A stretch of 64,000 nt of DNA. It comes from Octopus sinensis. Taxonomy: Eukaryota. Made by a program: the position numbers and the translations under genes. A model generated the notes under the pieces. It saw nothing but the letters and a program-made list of their open reading frames with translations, had not been told where the DNA came from and did no database searches. Where the stretch lies: the NCBI RefSeq assembly GCF_006345805.1, contig NC_043011.1, forward strand, positions 37,646,464-37,710,463. Reading direction: 5' to 3'. This document shows, piece by piece, positions 41,025 through 54,152 of the stretch (positions are counted from its first letter, which is position 1; the number at the start of each line of letters is the position of its first letter).

Positions 41025-41088
<64 letters not shown>
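40848..41088. repeat. (ATC)n and (ATT)n microsatellites
   Basis: Direct reading. Confidence 0.95.
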
Positions 41089-41089
<1 letters not shown>

Positions 41090-41367
41090 GCACAGAAATA
41101 TGCATCAGGTAATAGAATGATGATTGAAATAGTCCCAAGAAGAAATCTAAGCAGAAATATCAAATTCCAAACTTCACACAAATTTAAATTTTCCATTAAT
41201 TTGTATAAGAGCGCAAGTGAAAGTGGCTGTGAAAATGTGTAATTATATGCGTATGTGTATATGTGTGAATTTCGTATTATTTATTAACTAAGGAACACTT
41301 GTTATAAAAAATAAATGATGGCAACTTTAATGAGATTCCGTATATCAGCATGTTTTGTGTGCGTATA

Positions 41368-41437
<70 letters not shown>

Positions 41438-41699
41438 TGTTACGATATTTTGTCTTTTACCTGCTTTTATCCTCCATGCTTTCAGCCATATTAGAATGTC
41501 TCTAGGTTTCCTTTTGCTATCAACGAGAAATATTTTGAAGTTTTGACGGAGTAAAAGATCAAAGGATATATTTCTTTATTTAACTGAATATAAAATGTTA
41601 AAGGATTATTTTAAAAAACACACATCAGTACTGAAGAGCGTCAATGTTAAAGATTGGTACATTGCGTGTAGCAGTTTAAAATATTGAGGGCTGTACGAA

Positions 41700-42330
41700 T
41701 GAATTTAAAAATACTAGATTGTTCTCTCGTAAGAAAAATAAAACAAAATCAATGACTTTGGACGCTTTAACTGATAACGTTGTTGATAAAGGTGGTGTAT
41801 GGTAACCTTTTTTAAGGGTTTTCTTAGAAATCTGAAACGTCGTTTTTAATTATTTTGAATGTCTTGGTAGAAGGAACGGACATTTAATATTTTATCGTGT
41901 CTCAGAAAACTGATTAGGAGATATGTGGAAGAAACTGCAGCACTTTGATTAAAGCAGTAGAAAAGCGAATCAACTTGATCAGGTTATCGCTTAGAACAGA
42001 AGTCAGATGGGAATCTCTGTGAAAAAAATTAGTGATTCCTGTAAGATTTCCTTGAAATTTTCTACGGATTTAAAATCAACCTACTAAAGAAATCAACTAC
42101 TCAAAATAGATACATTCCATCTGACGAAAGGTTGCACGGTTTGGGTCTGCTCATTTTCAATCGCAGAACTTAGAGCGATCAGAGCCCGTGGAGGAAATTA
42201 TTTTTACCTAAGTTAACATGCAATGGCTGGGAAATAATAACCATCAGCAAGGAAACATTCCTGCATTCACGCTTGTTCAGTTACAATTCTTCAATTTTCT
42301 TCTAAGGTGTGGATAAGAAATTCATAGTTC
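41700..42330 (+). mobile_element. Possible highly decayed hAT (Buster/Charlie-like) transposase remnant
   Basis: LSLRTEVRWES resembles the hAT LLHTEVRWLS motif. The rest is too decayed to confirm. Confidence 0.3.
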
Positions 42331-43039
42331 TTAACACTATAAACCTTTGATTATCATTCTTTAAGTGTTTAGAAATTATTCATTGCCAACCTGATGTTTA
42401 ATGAGTCTTCACGATGAACAGAATATTTAGATTTTATGGTGGATTAAAGATCCATCCTTCACTTTTTGTATGCGATTAATAAACAAGTAAATAGACTGAG
42501 AAATACAATGTATAATTATGTTTCTAAGCCTAAAACAAAAATCTCTGTTCAGGGATTGGACGGTGTTTTAATAAACATGTTTATTAGACCTAGTCGGCCA
42601 TCCTGTTAAACACTAACATTGCATCACTGGAACCACGCTGCTCCCAGAATTTTCTCAAAAGCTCCTGTTTAAATTTACCTCCATATCTACTTGTATGGCT
42701 TTCTACTTTAGCAATCGACGCTCAGGTTCTTCAAGCTTTTCATGATCAAAATCAGAAAGCCTGCAAAATTATCACGGATACTGCCATTTTACCGGTGAAT
42801 AATCCGTAAAACAAACGGAGCCATATACTTCGTGAAATTTGTTGGTACCCTGTTGATATTGGAGATAAGCAATTTGTTTTTACAACTTGAAATATTTAAG
42901 GAAACTCATCGAATAATAATGCAAGTTAATTGTGGTATCCATTATCGTGCTTTATATTTCTTATTATCAAACATAGCAACATTCTCATCTCATCGTAGAC
43001 ATATCCAACAATATGCCAGCATCATTATACAAGATAAAA

Positions 43040-43192
43040 TCCACCGAGGTCGACAAATTCCACCGAGGTTGACTTTGCTCGCAACCTTTCAAGGTCGATG
43101 AATTAAGTACCAGTTGCGTACCGGGATCGATCTAATCGACTGGCCCCCTCAACAAATATTTCGGGCTTTATGTCTAGAGTAGAAAAGAATAT
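43040..43192 (+). mobile_element. 5'-truncated Meta/MESC-core SINE with tail B
   Basis: Core followed by GACTGGCCCCCTC...TTTCGGGCTTTATGTCTAGAGTAGAAAAGAAT. Confidence 0.7.
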
Positions 43193-44359
43193 ACAAGATA
43201 CAATTAACCGTCCGTTGTCTCCTGTATATAAGTACGAATGGCAACAAGTGCAATACTTTCGATTATTGTTTAAAAGCTTGTGTATTCGTAAAAACATATA
43301 AGCGCATTTTAGCCAACTGACACACCAAGGATATGATAGCTAGATATAGAGACAGTACTAAAGTACTACCAGCAGGCCAATATTAATTTTCTACGGAGTA
43401 GTCGAAACAATATTGAATGAAATGCACAACATATTGCTTGGCCCCAAAATTGAACCCCGTCCTGCTGGTAACACGAACACTATTATCACCAAAACACGCT
43501 CGTTTTGGGTTTACCATTATTTCTATAAAGTACAGTTTCTTTCATAAAAAAAACGAAAACGTGAGAGGAGGTGAAACGACAACAGTAATTTAACACTAAG
43601 AAATATAGACAGCTTGTTTTTCTTAAAATTTTGTTTTTATGTTGCAGCAGACAGGTTGGTGTAGAAATCGCAGAAAATGGACCAGTTAATTTTCATTTGT
43701 GCAACATCAGTATATTTACCCTTCAAAATACTAGAAAATGCTGCCGATGACACTACTAAATATAAAAGGAGTGTTATCTTTTTTCTATGAGAATAACGCT
43801 AATACTATATAATTAACGGCACTGAAGTATCATATGAAGTTTGAAGAAGTGAAAAAAAGTAATTAGTAAAATGAATGATGGGATTTTAATTATGTCCTAT
43901 GATTAATTTCGTTTCAGATGTCACCTAATAAAAAATATGATTTTATTGTCGAGCAGTATTGACAAATAGCTTTACAAAAACGGTCGAAACGAAATGAATT
44001 ACCGATCGCATACAGACAGAAAGTCATTTACATTATCTTTTTGGCCAAATAAATAAGAGTAACAGCTTAAAGTGACAGATAATGACAACGATTACTAATA
44101 AAGGGATATCAATATATATACAGATATGTATCATAACCAAAGCATATACACAGTATCGAAATGACGAAGAAGCCTTGGCATGGTTGTTCGATTTAATATC
44201 AAATAGCGAGCAACCTCATGTCAAACTAAGCCATAACCCTTCAAACATAGAGTAGCACAATTGATAATGCATTCTAAGATTAACTCTATCGCATGTTTAG
44301 GCACCACCACCTGCAAGTTTGTATTTCTTAATTGAGTTATAGTGTGTTGAATGTTTTAG

Positions 44360-44540
44360 GCTCAAGTATCCAGTCTGAAAGCAATCAGACGTCTATCCAG
44401 CATTCTCAGAAACCCTAAAAATTATTATGAACCCTTTCCATTCTCTTATGGTCCAAACATCCATACATCGGACATTATAACTCGCAATGCAATTCATGTG
44501 CTTGGTGTGGGGCCAGAATATTCATCTATGCCCTATACAG
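44360..44540 (+). CDS. Candidate internal coding exon (181 nt, phase 0 to 1), product unknown
   Basis: ttttag|GCT...ACAG|gtaaca. One frame is fully open: AQVSSLKAIRRLSSILRNPKNYYEPFPFSYGPNIHTSDIITRNAIHVLGVGPEYSSMPYT. No family recognised; it could be an antisense shadow of a decayed LINE. Confidence 0.35.
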
Positions 44541-46908
44541 GTAACAATTAGACACATACGATAATAACATTTCTTGCTGAACTTGGAAGAGAGATCGACC
44601 GAGCCTCTAGATATTGTCTAATTATTACGTTTGCAATCTACATTTTTGCAACTCTGACTTTGTTCCCTGTCATCCCTGACCATAAAAACTATTCTTTCAC
44701 CAGACATTATAGACTAAATCGTTAGATCTAGAGTTGTGAACACAGTATGAAGTCATCTAAAATGACTAAGGATACGATGAAACAAAAATATACCTGAAAA
44801 ACAAAGAAACATGATTTGTACAGCTAGAATGCCTTTTCCAGGTAGACTCTTCAATTAAGTCTGATTTACAATTAAGCATGCATATGCATAGATGCAAAAG
44901 TTTGACACTTAGGAATTTCGGTTATGATTTGATGTGTAGACTACTCAATTGCTGAGTGAAATATGGAGTGAATTCCGGTACTGACTTGGTGCTTCGAGTA
45001 TTTGATGGACAGCTGTTTCACTGTGATATTGTTATCTTGTTCTTAACAAATTCAAAGATTATCTGAAATAGATTATTGGAAATATGCATTGCCTTTCATC
45101 ATTTTTATGTTTCAGACATTGGACTGCAGCCATGCTCGGACACCATCTTGAAAGTTTCGTTCGAATAAATCATTCGAGTATTTGTTATCTATTCCAGTAC
45201 ATTACTTACTCCATCGCTTTCTTTTGCTGATCCACTGAGTTAGAAGGAAGTAAATAGATCAACATCGGTTGTCAAATGATGATGGGAAGCTAGCAAAAAC
45301 AGAATGGTAAGCACACACACCCATACACACAAACACACACACAACGGGATATTTTCAGTTCTTGTCTATGAAATCTCCACACAAGGCTTTTCTTGGCCCC
45401 GGCCTATGGAAAAGGGCATTTGTCCTAGGTGGCACGCGTTTGGAAAACAATGTTCTCAATCATACAGCAACGTCGCACAAGAAACTTAAACACATTTCAA
45501 TGAGGAGAACAAAAAATAACCGACTTCTTTGCCGTTTACTCGCCTTTGTCAAGAGCGCACAATAGTCTCCATAATCATTAATGATAATTAATTCAACTAA
45601 GTTAATACAAGGTTGTGTATTCTGATATAAATAACTATGAAATTATTATAACAAATGTAAAGCATTGGCGTCTGTTGACAGGCATTTCATCATATACCAT
45701 AGGTCACTTTCTATTTACGTGCATGCGCATATATATAAAACATACATACATACATATAACGGGAAGCTTTATGAAAATAGACAAAAGACGAAGGTAGGTG
45801 GAAGACAAACGAACAATTGTATTAGTATGGCGCTCAGGAAATATAAATATAAATAAAGCGCAATTTCAAAGAGAATGAAAATAGTTTTATAGTTAACCCC
45901 ACTTATATACATATGGCCGTGTGCTTGGGCAGGTAATAGGGTGGGAGAATATGAGAAAGATGTACAGACTCCGGAGGAAAAAGATAAGCTGAGAGACGTA
46001 AAATACTTATGAAGAGACGTAGATAGAGAGCGACAATGAGGTAGAGACAGAGAATAGATAGATGCTAGATAGAGGAACAGTATTAGTAAGATAAAACCAA
46101 GATACAAATATAGAGACATTTGAAAGCGTAGCTGAAGCAAAATTCCCGTAAGTTTTCATGTGTTTCTATCATGTAAGAAGTGTTTTTTCAGACGGTTGGT
46201 ATTTGGATATATACAATAGACAGAATAATAGAGACATGTTTGTTGTTCTGGAAAATTCGAAATTCTTTTATTTATATTTATTTTTATGTTTCTATTTTTA
46301 TTTAATTTCACTATAATGGTTTCTGCAGTGCTACAGTAAATGGTTCGCTTGGCATTAAGATAAAAAAAAATCGATCACAACCTGTGAAGCTTGGTTCTAT
46401 CATTAGATTATATGCCGAACTATATGACCACATGGACGGAATCAATCTCACTTGTTTCCAGCAAAGATGTCTGTTACCAAAATCCAACCTTAGAAACTAT
46501 AAGACAACAAAAAAAATAGGAAAAAAACACAAATAGCGAAAACGATTAGAAAACAGTGAATAAATATACTTCTCTAATACAGACACGTACACGCACTATA
46601 TATATATATGTATGTGTGTGTGTAGGTGTGTGTGTGTATGAACGTATATACATGTATAAACACACATGTATATATAGGAATATATGTGTGTAATATATAT
46701 ATATATGTGTGTGTGTGTATATAATATTTACATATACATATGTGTGTGTATATATTTAATGTATACACACACATAGATATATGTAGATACATGTCATATA
46801 TAAGTATTTTTATATTCTATATATGTGTGTGAGTGTAGGTGTGTGTGTTTGCGACTGTGTGTGTTTGTATTCGTGCGTTTGTATGTGTGTGTGTGTGTGT
46901 TTGTGCGT

Positions 46909-46940
<32 letters not shown>

Positions 46941-47202
46941 AAATGTTTTCATTCTGTATCCGAATCTGGCTTCTTGGACTGGAAAAAAAGAATTTACCGT
47001 AGAGAACAAGGAGAAATGGAAACACATTTCTCACATGAATAAAATCCCTGTAGATTTACATGAAATGTAGATTTACATGATTATGTCATGTTCAGGCTTT
47101 TTCTAAATAACATCATTGTTATATCCCAAATAAGATGAATTCCCAGGAAAAGGTAAACAACTTAGTGGGGTCTGTCATTCAAACTTTATCTAACATATAT
47201 AC

Positions 47203-47250
<48 letters not shown>

Positions 47251-47257
<7 letters not shown>

Positions 47258-47501
47258 TTCGAGACAAAACCACTATTTTGCAAAACAAACAAGGAAAGAC
47301 TTAATCAATACATAAAAAAAATTTAATATAAAGAAATAAACTGCCACTACAATCGTTTCATGTCTTCAATGACATTCGTCAGGTGGATTTTCGATCTCCT
47401 AATCTGTTTTAATTTATTTCTTTATATTAAAAATTTTTATGTATTGATTAAGTCTTTCCTTGTTTGTTTTGCAAACTAGTGGTTTTGTCTCGAATTAATA
47501 T
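47251..47501. mobile_element. Fold-back element (about 90-bp arms) with a hammerhead ribozyme in the spacer; Penelope-like non-autonomous unit in (TA)n
   Basis: Arms 47251-47340 and 47413-47501 are about 95% reverse-complementary; (TA)n lies on the left and beyond 47590. Confidence 0.8.
47344..47386 (-). ncRNA. Intact minimal type-I hammerhead ribozyme
   Basis: Minus strand CCAC-CTGACGA-ATGTC-attgaa-GACAT-GAAAC-gatt-GTA-GTGG. All conserved core nucleotides are present, with a 4-bp stem I, a 5-bp stem II, a 2-bp stem III and a GUA cleavage triplet. Confidence 0.8.
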
Positions 47502-47606
47502 TATATAATATTTTACTATAAAATTGGATTTAATCCTAAATCTGATTTTTTCCCTGTAAATTTGGATTTATTCCCTAATATTTATTATATATATATATTA
47601 TATTAT

Positions 47607-47650
<44 letters not shown>

Positions 47651-47974
47651 ATATATATATACAGCCTAGGTTTTTGAAACGTATAGAATGAGATTCTATG
47701 TTTATTAAGCGTTTCTTAAATTCAAAAGATGCAATAAAACAAAATGTATAAAGGAACTGGAAAATTCGGTAATAAATACATATTCCTTAACAATTTATTT
47801 CTGTTATATAATGATTAGGTGGCTCACTCAGATATGGAAATATTCAGGTATAGGGTACACAGCACAGACCCAATGGAAGATTTTCATAGGGATCGATCCA
47901 ACAAGATTAGTAGAGGTCATTGAATTACAAGCTATTCTTAGATTTTCTTAGGTTCTTGAAATGCTTTTAATAAT

Positions 47975-48251
47975 GGATATTCCTTCGAGATAACTCGACA
48001 AAATCAAAACATTTCGCTTCGGTTATTTCCGTGGGTTGTGGAATATAGATATAACGAAATTATGCCTGCAATGTCTTATTTTAAACTTGAAGAAAAAAAA
48101 AAGCCTTGCATATTTGTTCTTACGTGTTTCATCTGTGCAAGTAAAATCCGCAAATTTCCAAGCAGAAAACAGAATCGAACTGTCATTTGCTTCCACGGAA
48201 ATACCCGAAGTGAAATGTTTTGATTTTGTCGAGTTATATCGAAAGAATGCC
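47975..48251. mobile_element. 277-bp MITE with about 60-bp TIRs and flanking TAATAAT direct repeats
   Basis: TTCGAGATAACTCGACAAAATCAAAACATTTCGCTTCGGTTATTTCCGTGG pairs with CCACGGAAATACCCGAAGTGAAATGTTTTGATTTTGTCGAGTTATATCGAA. TAATAAT occurs at 47968-47974 and 48252-48258. Confidence 0.8.
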
Positions 48252-48421
48252 TAATAATGTGAGCTCTGTTGAAGTGACTCAAGAACCAATGTTTGTATTA
48301 AGCAGGGTGACGATATGAGACAATAATATAGCCAGCTGTCACTTTTGCTCGATGCCATAACCTGCTGTGGCTATAATTTGTTAGACACCTATGTAGTGAC
48401 GACCAGACATTAGGTATTATT

Positions 48422-48460
<39 letters not shown>

Positions 48461-49009
48461 AGTAGAATACACACAATATTATTGCTGGAGGAAAAAGGGG
48501 TACGGTAGGGCACGGCTGGTTGTCATGGCAAATAATCACACAGAGACATCGATCTCGCAATAATTTGATTGTGAAGTGATAATTTCCTAACTACAGAGCA
48601 ATGCATTCATCGGTATATTTTTCAGAATTCTACATTATGTTAGCAACAGATAATCCAATTTCCTTTTTAAGCACAATATGCACAGTGAAAGCTATTATTG
48701 TGCATTTTCCTGTTTCTTGTAGCTCTCTCATTTCAGGGAATTCTGGTTTAAAACCTTTACCACATTATATAAAAAGGACAATACATTAGAGAAAATATGT
48801 TCTTACTCTGATCTGTTGGATGCATTGTAAAACAATTTGAAAGTGCCAATCATAGGAGAAAGATAAAGCCTTTAATTCCTATGAGTATAAATAAAATACA
48901 GTACCAGCTGTGGTGTGCTGACTATCTAATCATCTTTACAATTGTTTCTCAATCTACGGTTTTGTGTTAGAAATAGTAATGAAACGCTACAACGTTAATT
49001 ATAAGAGTG

Positions 49010-49225
49010 GTTTCAAATTTCAGCTTAAGTCCAGCACGTTTGGGAGAAGGAATAAGTTGATAACATCGACCGGACTACTCAGCTGGTAATCATTTTATCA
49101 ACCCGTAAGGCACAAGGCCTGAAATTCGAGGGGAGGGGAGTAGTCAACTATATCGACCCCAGTGATTCACTGGTACTTTATCAATTGAACTCCAAAAGCA
49201 GTAGCTCGGCAGAACTTACCAAACA
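49010..49225 (-). mobile_element. Two partial Meta/MESC-core SINE copies
   Basis: Reverse tail-B and core sequences occur twice. Confidence 0.6.
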
Positions 49226-49584
49226 TTTCGTTTCAGGCGGCTGCACTTTTTGAAGAAGACTTGAAATTGCATATTCTCAGAAAATATTCAGAATCAGTTT
49301 TACTTTCACTTCTCAGAATGCACGAGGAGAAATATGTTGGCGGTTTATTAACACCACGCCCTGGAGCAATAAATAAAATGACAGGAGAATATCATCAATT
49401 TTACACAAAACTGTTTGATTAAATATTCTTCTTTTTCATCTTTTTTCTTTCCTCTTTTACTGGCTTTTTCTTTTCGCCTGTTATAAAATTAAAACTTAAA
49501 GACTGGTGATGTCATTTCATCAACGTGTATTGCTCTCGATCAGACTTTAAATTTAAATTTCTATTATTATTATTATTATTATTA

Positions 49585-49618
<34 letters not shown>

Positions 49619-49671
49619 GCTATTGTTGTTGTTCTTGTTCTTGTTCTTGTTGTTATTATTTTTATTATTAG

Positions 49672-50350
49672 TATTCATATACGCAGAGATTATACTGTTG
49701 GGACAGAAAAATTCCTCACATCTGACTACAACAAGTAATCTTAGATGCCAAGAATCCACCTAAGCATCCTAGTTATCCCCAATAACACAGTTTTCTACAG
49801 CTGTACTAAACTGGGTTTTATGCCTGTTTCCTCCATCCATCTGTTCAGATCTGTAGGGATAGTTCCAAATGGGCGTATAACTACTGTGATACATTTTACC
49901 CACAACTTCCATAGTCTCTGTAAATTAATAGCTCGGTCCTGGTATTTTGCTATTTTTCCTATACGTCTCATATTGATTTTGTGAACATTTGGGTCTGTAA
50001 AGTAAATTATCTGGCAATTTCTATTCTCGTTATCTACCATTACTAAATAAGACCACCTAGCTTCTATTACTCTGTCAGTCTGAATGTTAAAGTCCCACAT
50101 CATCTTATATTTCTTACTTTCTAGTACTTTACAAGGTTCATGTTCATGTATTACTCTCCCTAGGTTGTCATGTATTTTCTTATATTCTTTCTGTGCCAGC
50201 ATGCTACATACACTTAGTAACGCTTCTTATTTTCATTTGTATAACCTACATTGCGAATCTAATTGGCTTTTGTCTATCTTGGCTGTTATAAAAATAGTCC
50301 TTAATGCTTCGTATTGTGCAGCCCACAAATGACTTCAAAGTTTAACGCAA
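49672..50350 (-). mobile_element. R4/Dong-clade LINE 3' fragment (degenerate CCHC plus restriction-like endonuclease)
   Basis: IDKSQLDSQCRL, MLAQKEYKKIHDNLGRVIH, MWDFNIQTDRVIEAR, KIAKYQDRAINLQRLWK and KTVLLG...ILGI*. The 3' UTR ends in an (AAT)n-type tract at 49562-49670. Confidence 0.85.
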
Positions 50351-50409
50351 TATGCATATCGGGAAATACAACATTTTTTTCATCTTTTGTCAAGGGAAGA
50401 ACATATTAC

Positions 50410-50640
50410 CTATTTCTTTATTACCCACAAGGGGCTAAACACAGAGGGGACAAACAAGGACAGACATAGGTATTAAGTCGATTACATCGACCCCAGTGCG
50501 TAACTGGTACTTGATTTATCGACCCCGAAAGGATGAAAGGCAAAGTCGACCTCGGCGGAATTTGAACTCGGAACGTAACGACAGACGAAATACGGCTACG
50601 AATTTCGCCCGGCGTGCTAACGTTTCTACCAGCTCGCCGA
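50410..50640 (-). mobile_element. Well-preserved Meta/MESC-core SINE with Tx1-like tail
   Basis: Complete head, core and tail ending ...GTGGGTAATAAAGAAATAGG. Confidence 0.9.
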
Positions 50641-51372
50641 GTTAGCTTCCACTCTAACATATTACCGAGTTAGCTTCCACTCTAACTGCAGTATGACAAC
50701 ATAAATTTTATATCAGACATAGTCGCACTGTATATTTTAAACTTCCTGAAAACCTGTTCGTTTTATTGACATAACAATAGAGTGGCGGAAGGATTAATAT
50801 AGAGTTATATTTCAGAAAACCATTAAAGAAGCAGTTATACATGCCTTAATGTACAGCAGACGAAACTGAGCATTATACACAAAATCAAAATTAAATTCTA
50901 ACACATGAGAGGCATATGAACATTCTAATTCAGACACCTTTAGAAATGGGAATAGTGTTTATTAGAAACACTCCTAAGTTTGCTCTCAAAACAGAAATCC
51001 TCTATTTATGCAAAGTTTCTAAATAGAAAAGTACATATTGAATGTACAATACAAGAGGCAGTGTCTCTTTTCTTCCGCAAAAACAACGAGGAACTAGTGG
51101 CAAAGATTCTATGAACTGAAGCGTATACATGTTTTGCTGATAGGAATGATGATTTATTGATAGTTATAAAGCCAGAAACTTGCGGGAAAGAGTTCGTGAA
51201 TTATCAATGAATCCAGCATTTGAATAACACTTCAAAATATTGTATCAGAAGCGGGAAAACGTTCGATGACTTAGCCGGCTTTTGAACTCTAATCCTGAAA
51301 AGCGATACATAAAATATCTCGCGGCATTTTGTTTGACGCACTAAAGATCCTGAAAATCCAGTGTTGCTTTGA

Positions 51373-51458
51373 ATAATAATAATAACAATCAGTGATAATA
51401 ATAATCATAATGAAAATTAAAACAATAATAAAGGCACTAACTAATAATGATGATGATG

Positions 51459-51515
<57 letters not shown>

Positions 51516-51592
51516 GTATTAATAATAATGATGATGATGATGATGATGATAATAAGGATGATGACGATGATGATGATGATGATGATGATGAC
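51373..51592. repeat. Compound (AAT)n/(GAT)n microsatellite
   Basis: Direct reading. Confidence 0.95.
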
Positions 51593-51892
51593 ATTTAATT
51601 TCATTAAATTGAAATTCTTCAAGGAACATTGTTTACTCATTCGCCTGGTTCGTTTATATTCTATTTTTGGTCTTTGAATTATGAAATAGCATTCTTCGAT
51701 TTTAAAGAATACAGTGAAAGATTCTATTTCCATTTGAAAACATCTCTTGTGCAATTGAATAACTTCTCTCAATGACAGCCCTCGTTAACTATATGAATGT
51801 AGCTGTAGAAACGTTCCTTTGTTATGGATGTTTACTTGATAAAAGTCGCATTATTATCAAGCTATCTCTCTACCTATATGTATATATATATA

Positions 51893-51945
<53 letters not shown>

Positions 51946-54152
51946 CATATTTATATACGCGCGCATACACATGTATATATATATATATTAATCCATATGT
52001 ATGTATAGCTTTCTTTTATCTTAATTATATAATCACGTCAGTGTCTGTGATTGTTGTTTGTATATGCGTAAATATGTGAGAGCGCGGCTGTATCCAATTT
52101 CATATACGCTTACCTATATACACGGAACGTACATGAATCCGCTTAAATATATATATAAATATAAAGACGTCCATACACGTCTACATATACATGTATACGT
52201 ATGAATAAATAAACGTATGTAATTATTATCATTTTTATGATTATTATTATTATTTTTATTGTGATGATGATCATCATCATGATCATGATTATCTTTTTAT
52301 CAGCATTATTGTCATTGATGGATAAAGTATGGATTACCTTTAAGAAACTATAATTTTCATATCTTTTAATTCTGTTGATGGATACAATTTCTATAACACT
52401 TTCATATTTTAGGTAAACACTTTATTTTATTTATTTATCATTGAAGAACATATTTCACGATAATCATGATTATCAATTGATATATTTGCTATTAAATATA
52501 ATTAGGTCTAATGATAGAAATGGATGGATTATTCTTCATTCCTTTACACTATTTATCATCACTTATACTTCAAATTCCATCACAGGTGATCGTAAAATTT
52601 ATTTACATAATATATATGAGTAAATACGAATTACTAGTCTGTAGAAAGGTGTTGTTATATTAAATAACACCATTGCCTATTGAAACAAATTGAGTTAACC
52701 TTCATTCCTTCTTTCACGCTGGGATAGAATACCGTTTATATATATCCATTGAATTACTTCTTCCATATTGAAAGGGAAAAAAGGGCCTGGTAGCTTACTT
52801 GTTGATATGCATTGCCTGAATGCAGGATATTCATTTATGCTCTTGGTATATATTTTATTAAGATTGCAGACATTTCTAACTGATCTCGCGGGAAACCAAT
52901 ATATATAAGAATAAAATTTTAGCTGAATATTTCCTGCATTGGTAGAGGTGCCAGGCGAATCAAAGACTAGCGTTATAAAATCCATCGTTGAGACCCTGGA
53001 AAAGGTCAGTAGGGGATTTTAATTAAAGCGGGCAATCCAGTGGATTATTGCTATTCCTATGCAAGCGGAATCATCCGGGCAAGAATGTATGGTGTTGAAA
53101 GGCACAAAAAACCTCCTGAGTTCCCAGAAGTATCACTTTCGAAGCATATCAGAACATCCAGGAGATGTATCTTCAATCTAAACTATATTTCGTCGAATAC
53201 AGCGTGATAGAGTAAGTAGCAGACATCAAAGAAATACTGGGGCGGATTTGATTGATTGAAGTCTTTAATTTTATGCTCCAGTATGACCCACATCAGATAA
53301 TTGAAACCAGTAAAAATAAATACAATTGGGTGTGCGTTTTATTAATAAATTGTAGTTATTTTGACTAGACTCTCTGTAGTCCCCACTTAATACCACATTT
53401 TATCATTGCATTCCTCTTCCTCTCGGATTCCCTGCTTAATATGCCCGCTTTCATTTTCTCAGCATTTTCCCCTGACTTCCTATTAACTCTTAATAATTAT
53501 CTTCCAGTTGGGAATATTATTACTCATCATATATACTGCAACTGTATTGATAGCTACTATGCTACATCTGACATTTCGCTTACTATTATATATTGATATA
53601 AACCCTCCTAACCTTTATATTCATTAATGTATGGTGAACTCTGCTTAGTTCATCAATGTCTAAATATTTCAAACTATTTCCACTCTGTTCTTTCTAATCA
53701 CTCTAAAAATCTTAGTGGATTCGATATTAATTTTCGTCACATCATGTGACCTTTACTACATTTGTTTTCCGAATTTTTTATGCAATTGCTCCTGTTCATT
53801 CTGTATGTACACTGTGTATCCAATAGTGTTTGCGGTTTTACGTAATTGTTATCAACATGTCTCAAAATTAATACATAAATCTTTACGTCTTTTTCAGTCG
53901 ATTGCTTCTAGGTAAAATAAACTTTACCTTATTTTTTCGACCCTTTATGTTCGAAACCCAAATGCAGCGGCTCATAAATTTTATCTTTTACCCTTTCGGG
54001 ATTGACAACATGCAGTACCACTCATTCAAGTAAAAAGGTCCATGATATCGGCTAAAAATTCCCAGTAACATTGTTGGCTTTGCCCCTAAATCACAAACAA
54101 GTATTTACGTCTTTCAGGCTTTGAAATATAAAACAATTGTTTCCTATCTAGA

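Noticed and set aside
42679-42760. Minus-strand segment with a good acceptor and donor
   Set aside because: Stops in all three frames; cannot be supported as coding without transcript data.
50637-50686. 22-bp direct repeat CCGAGTTAGCTTCCACTCTAAC twice (similar short duplications at 11960-12050, 47056-47081, 58822-58876)
   Set aside because: Only two copies on one side of an element; ordinary slippage duplications, not a TSD or a CRISPR-like array.
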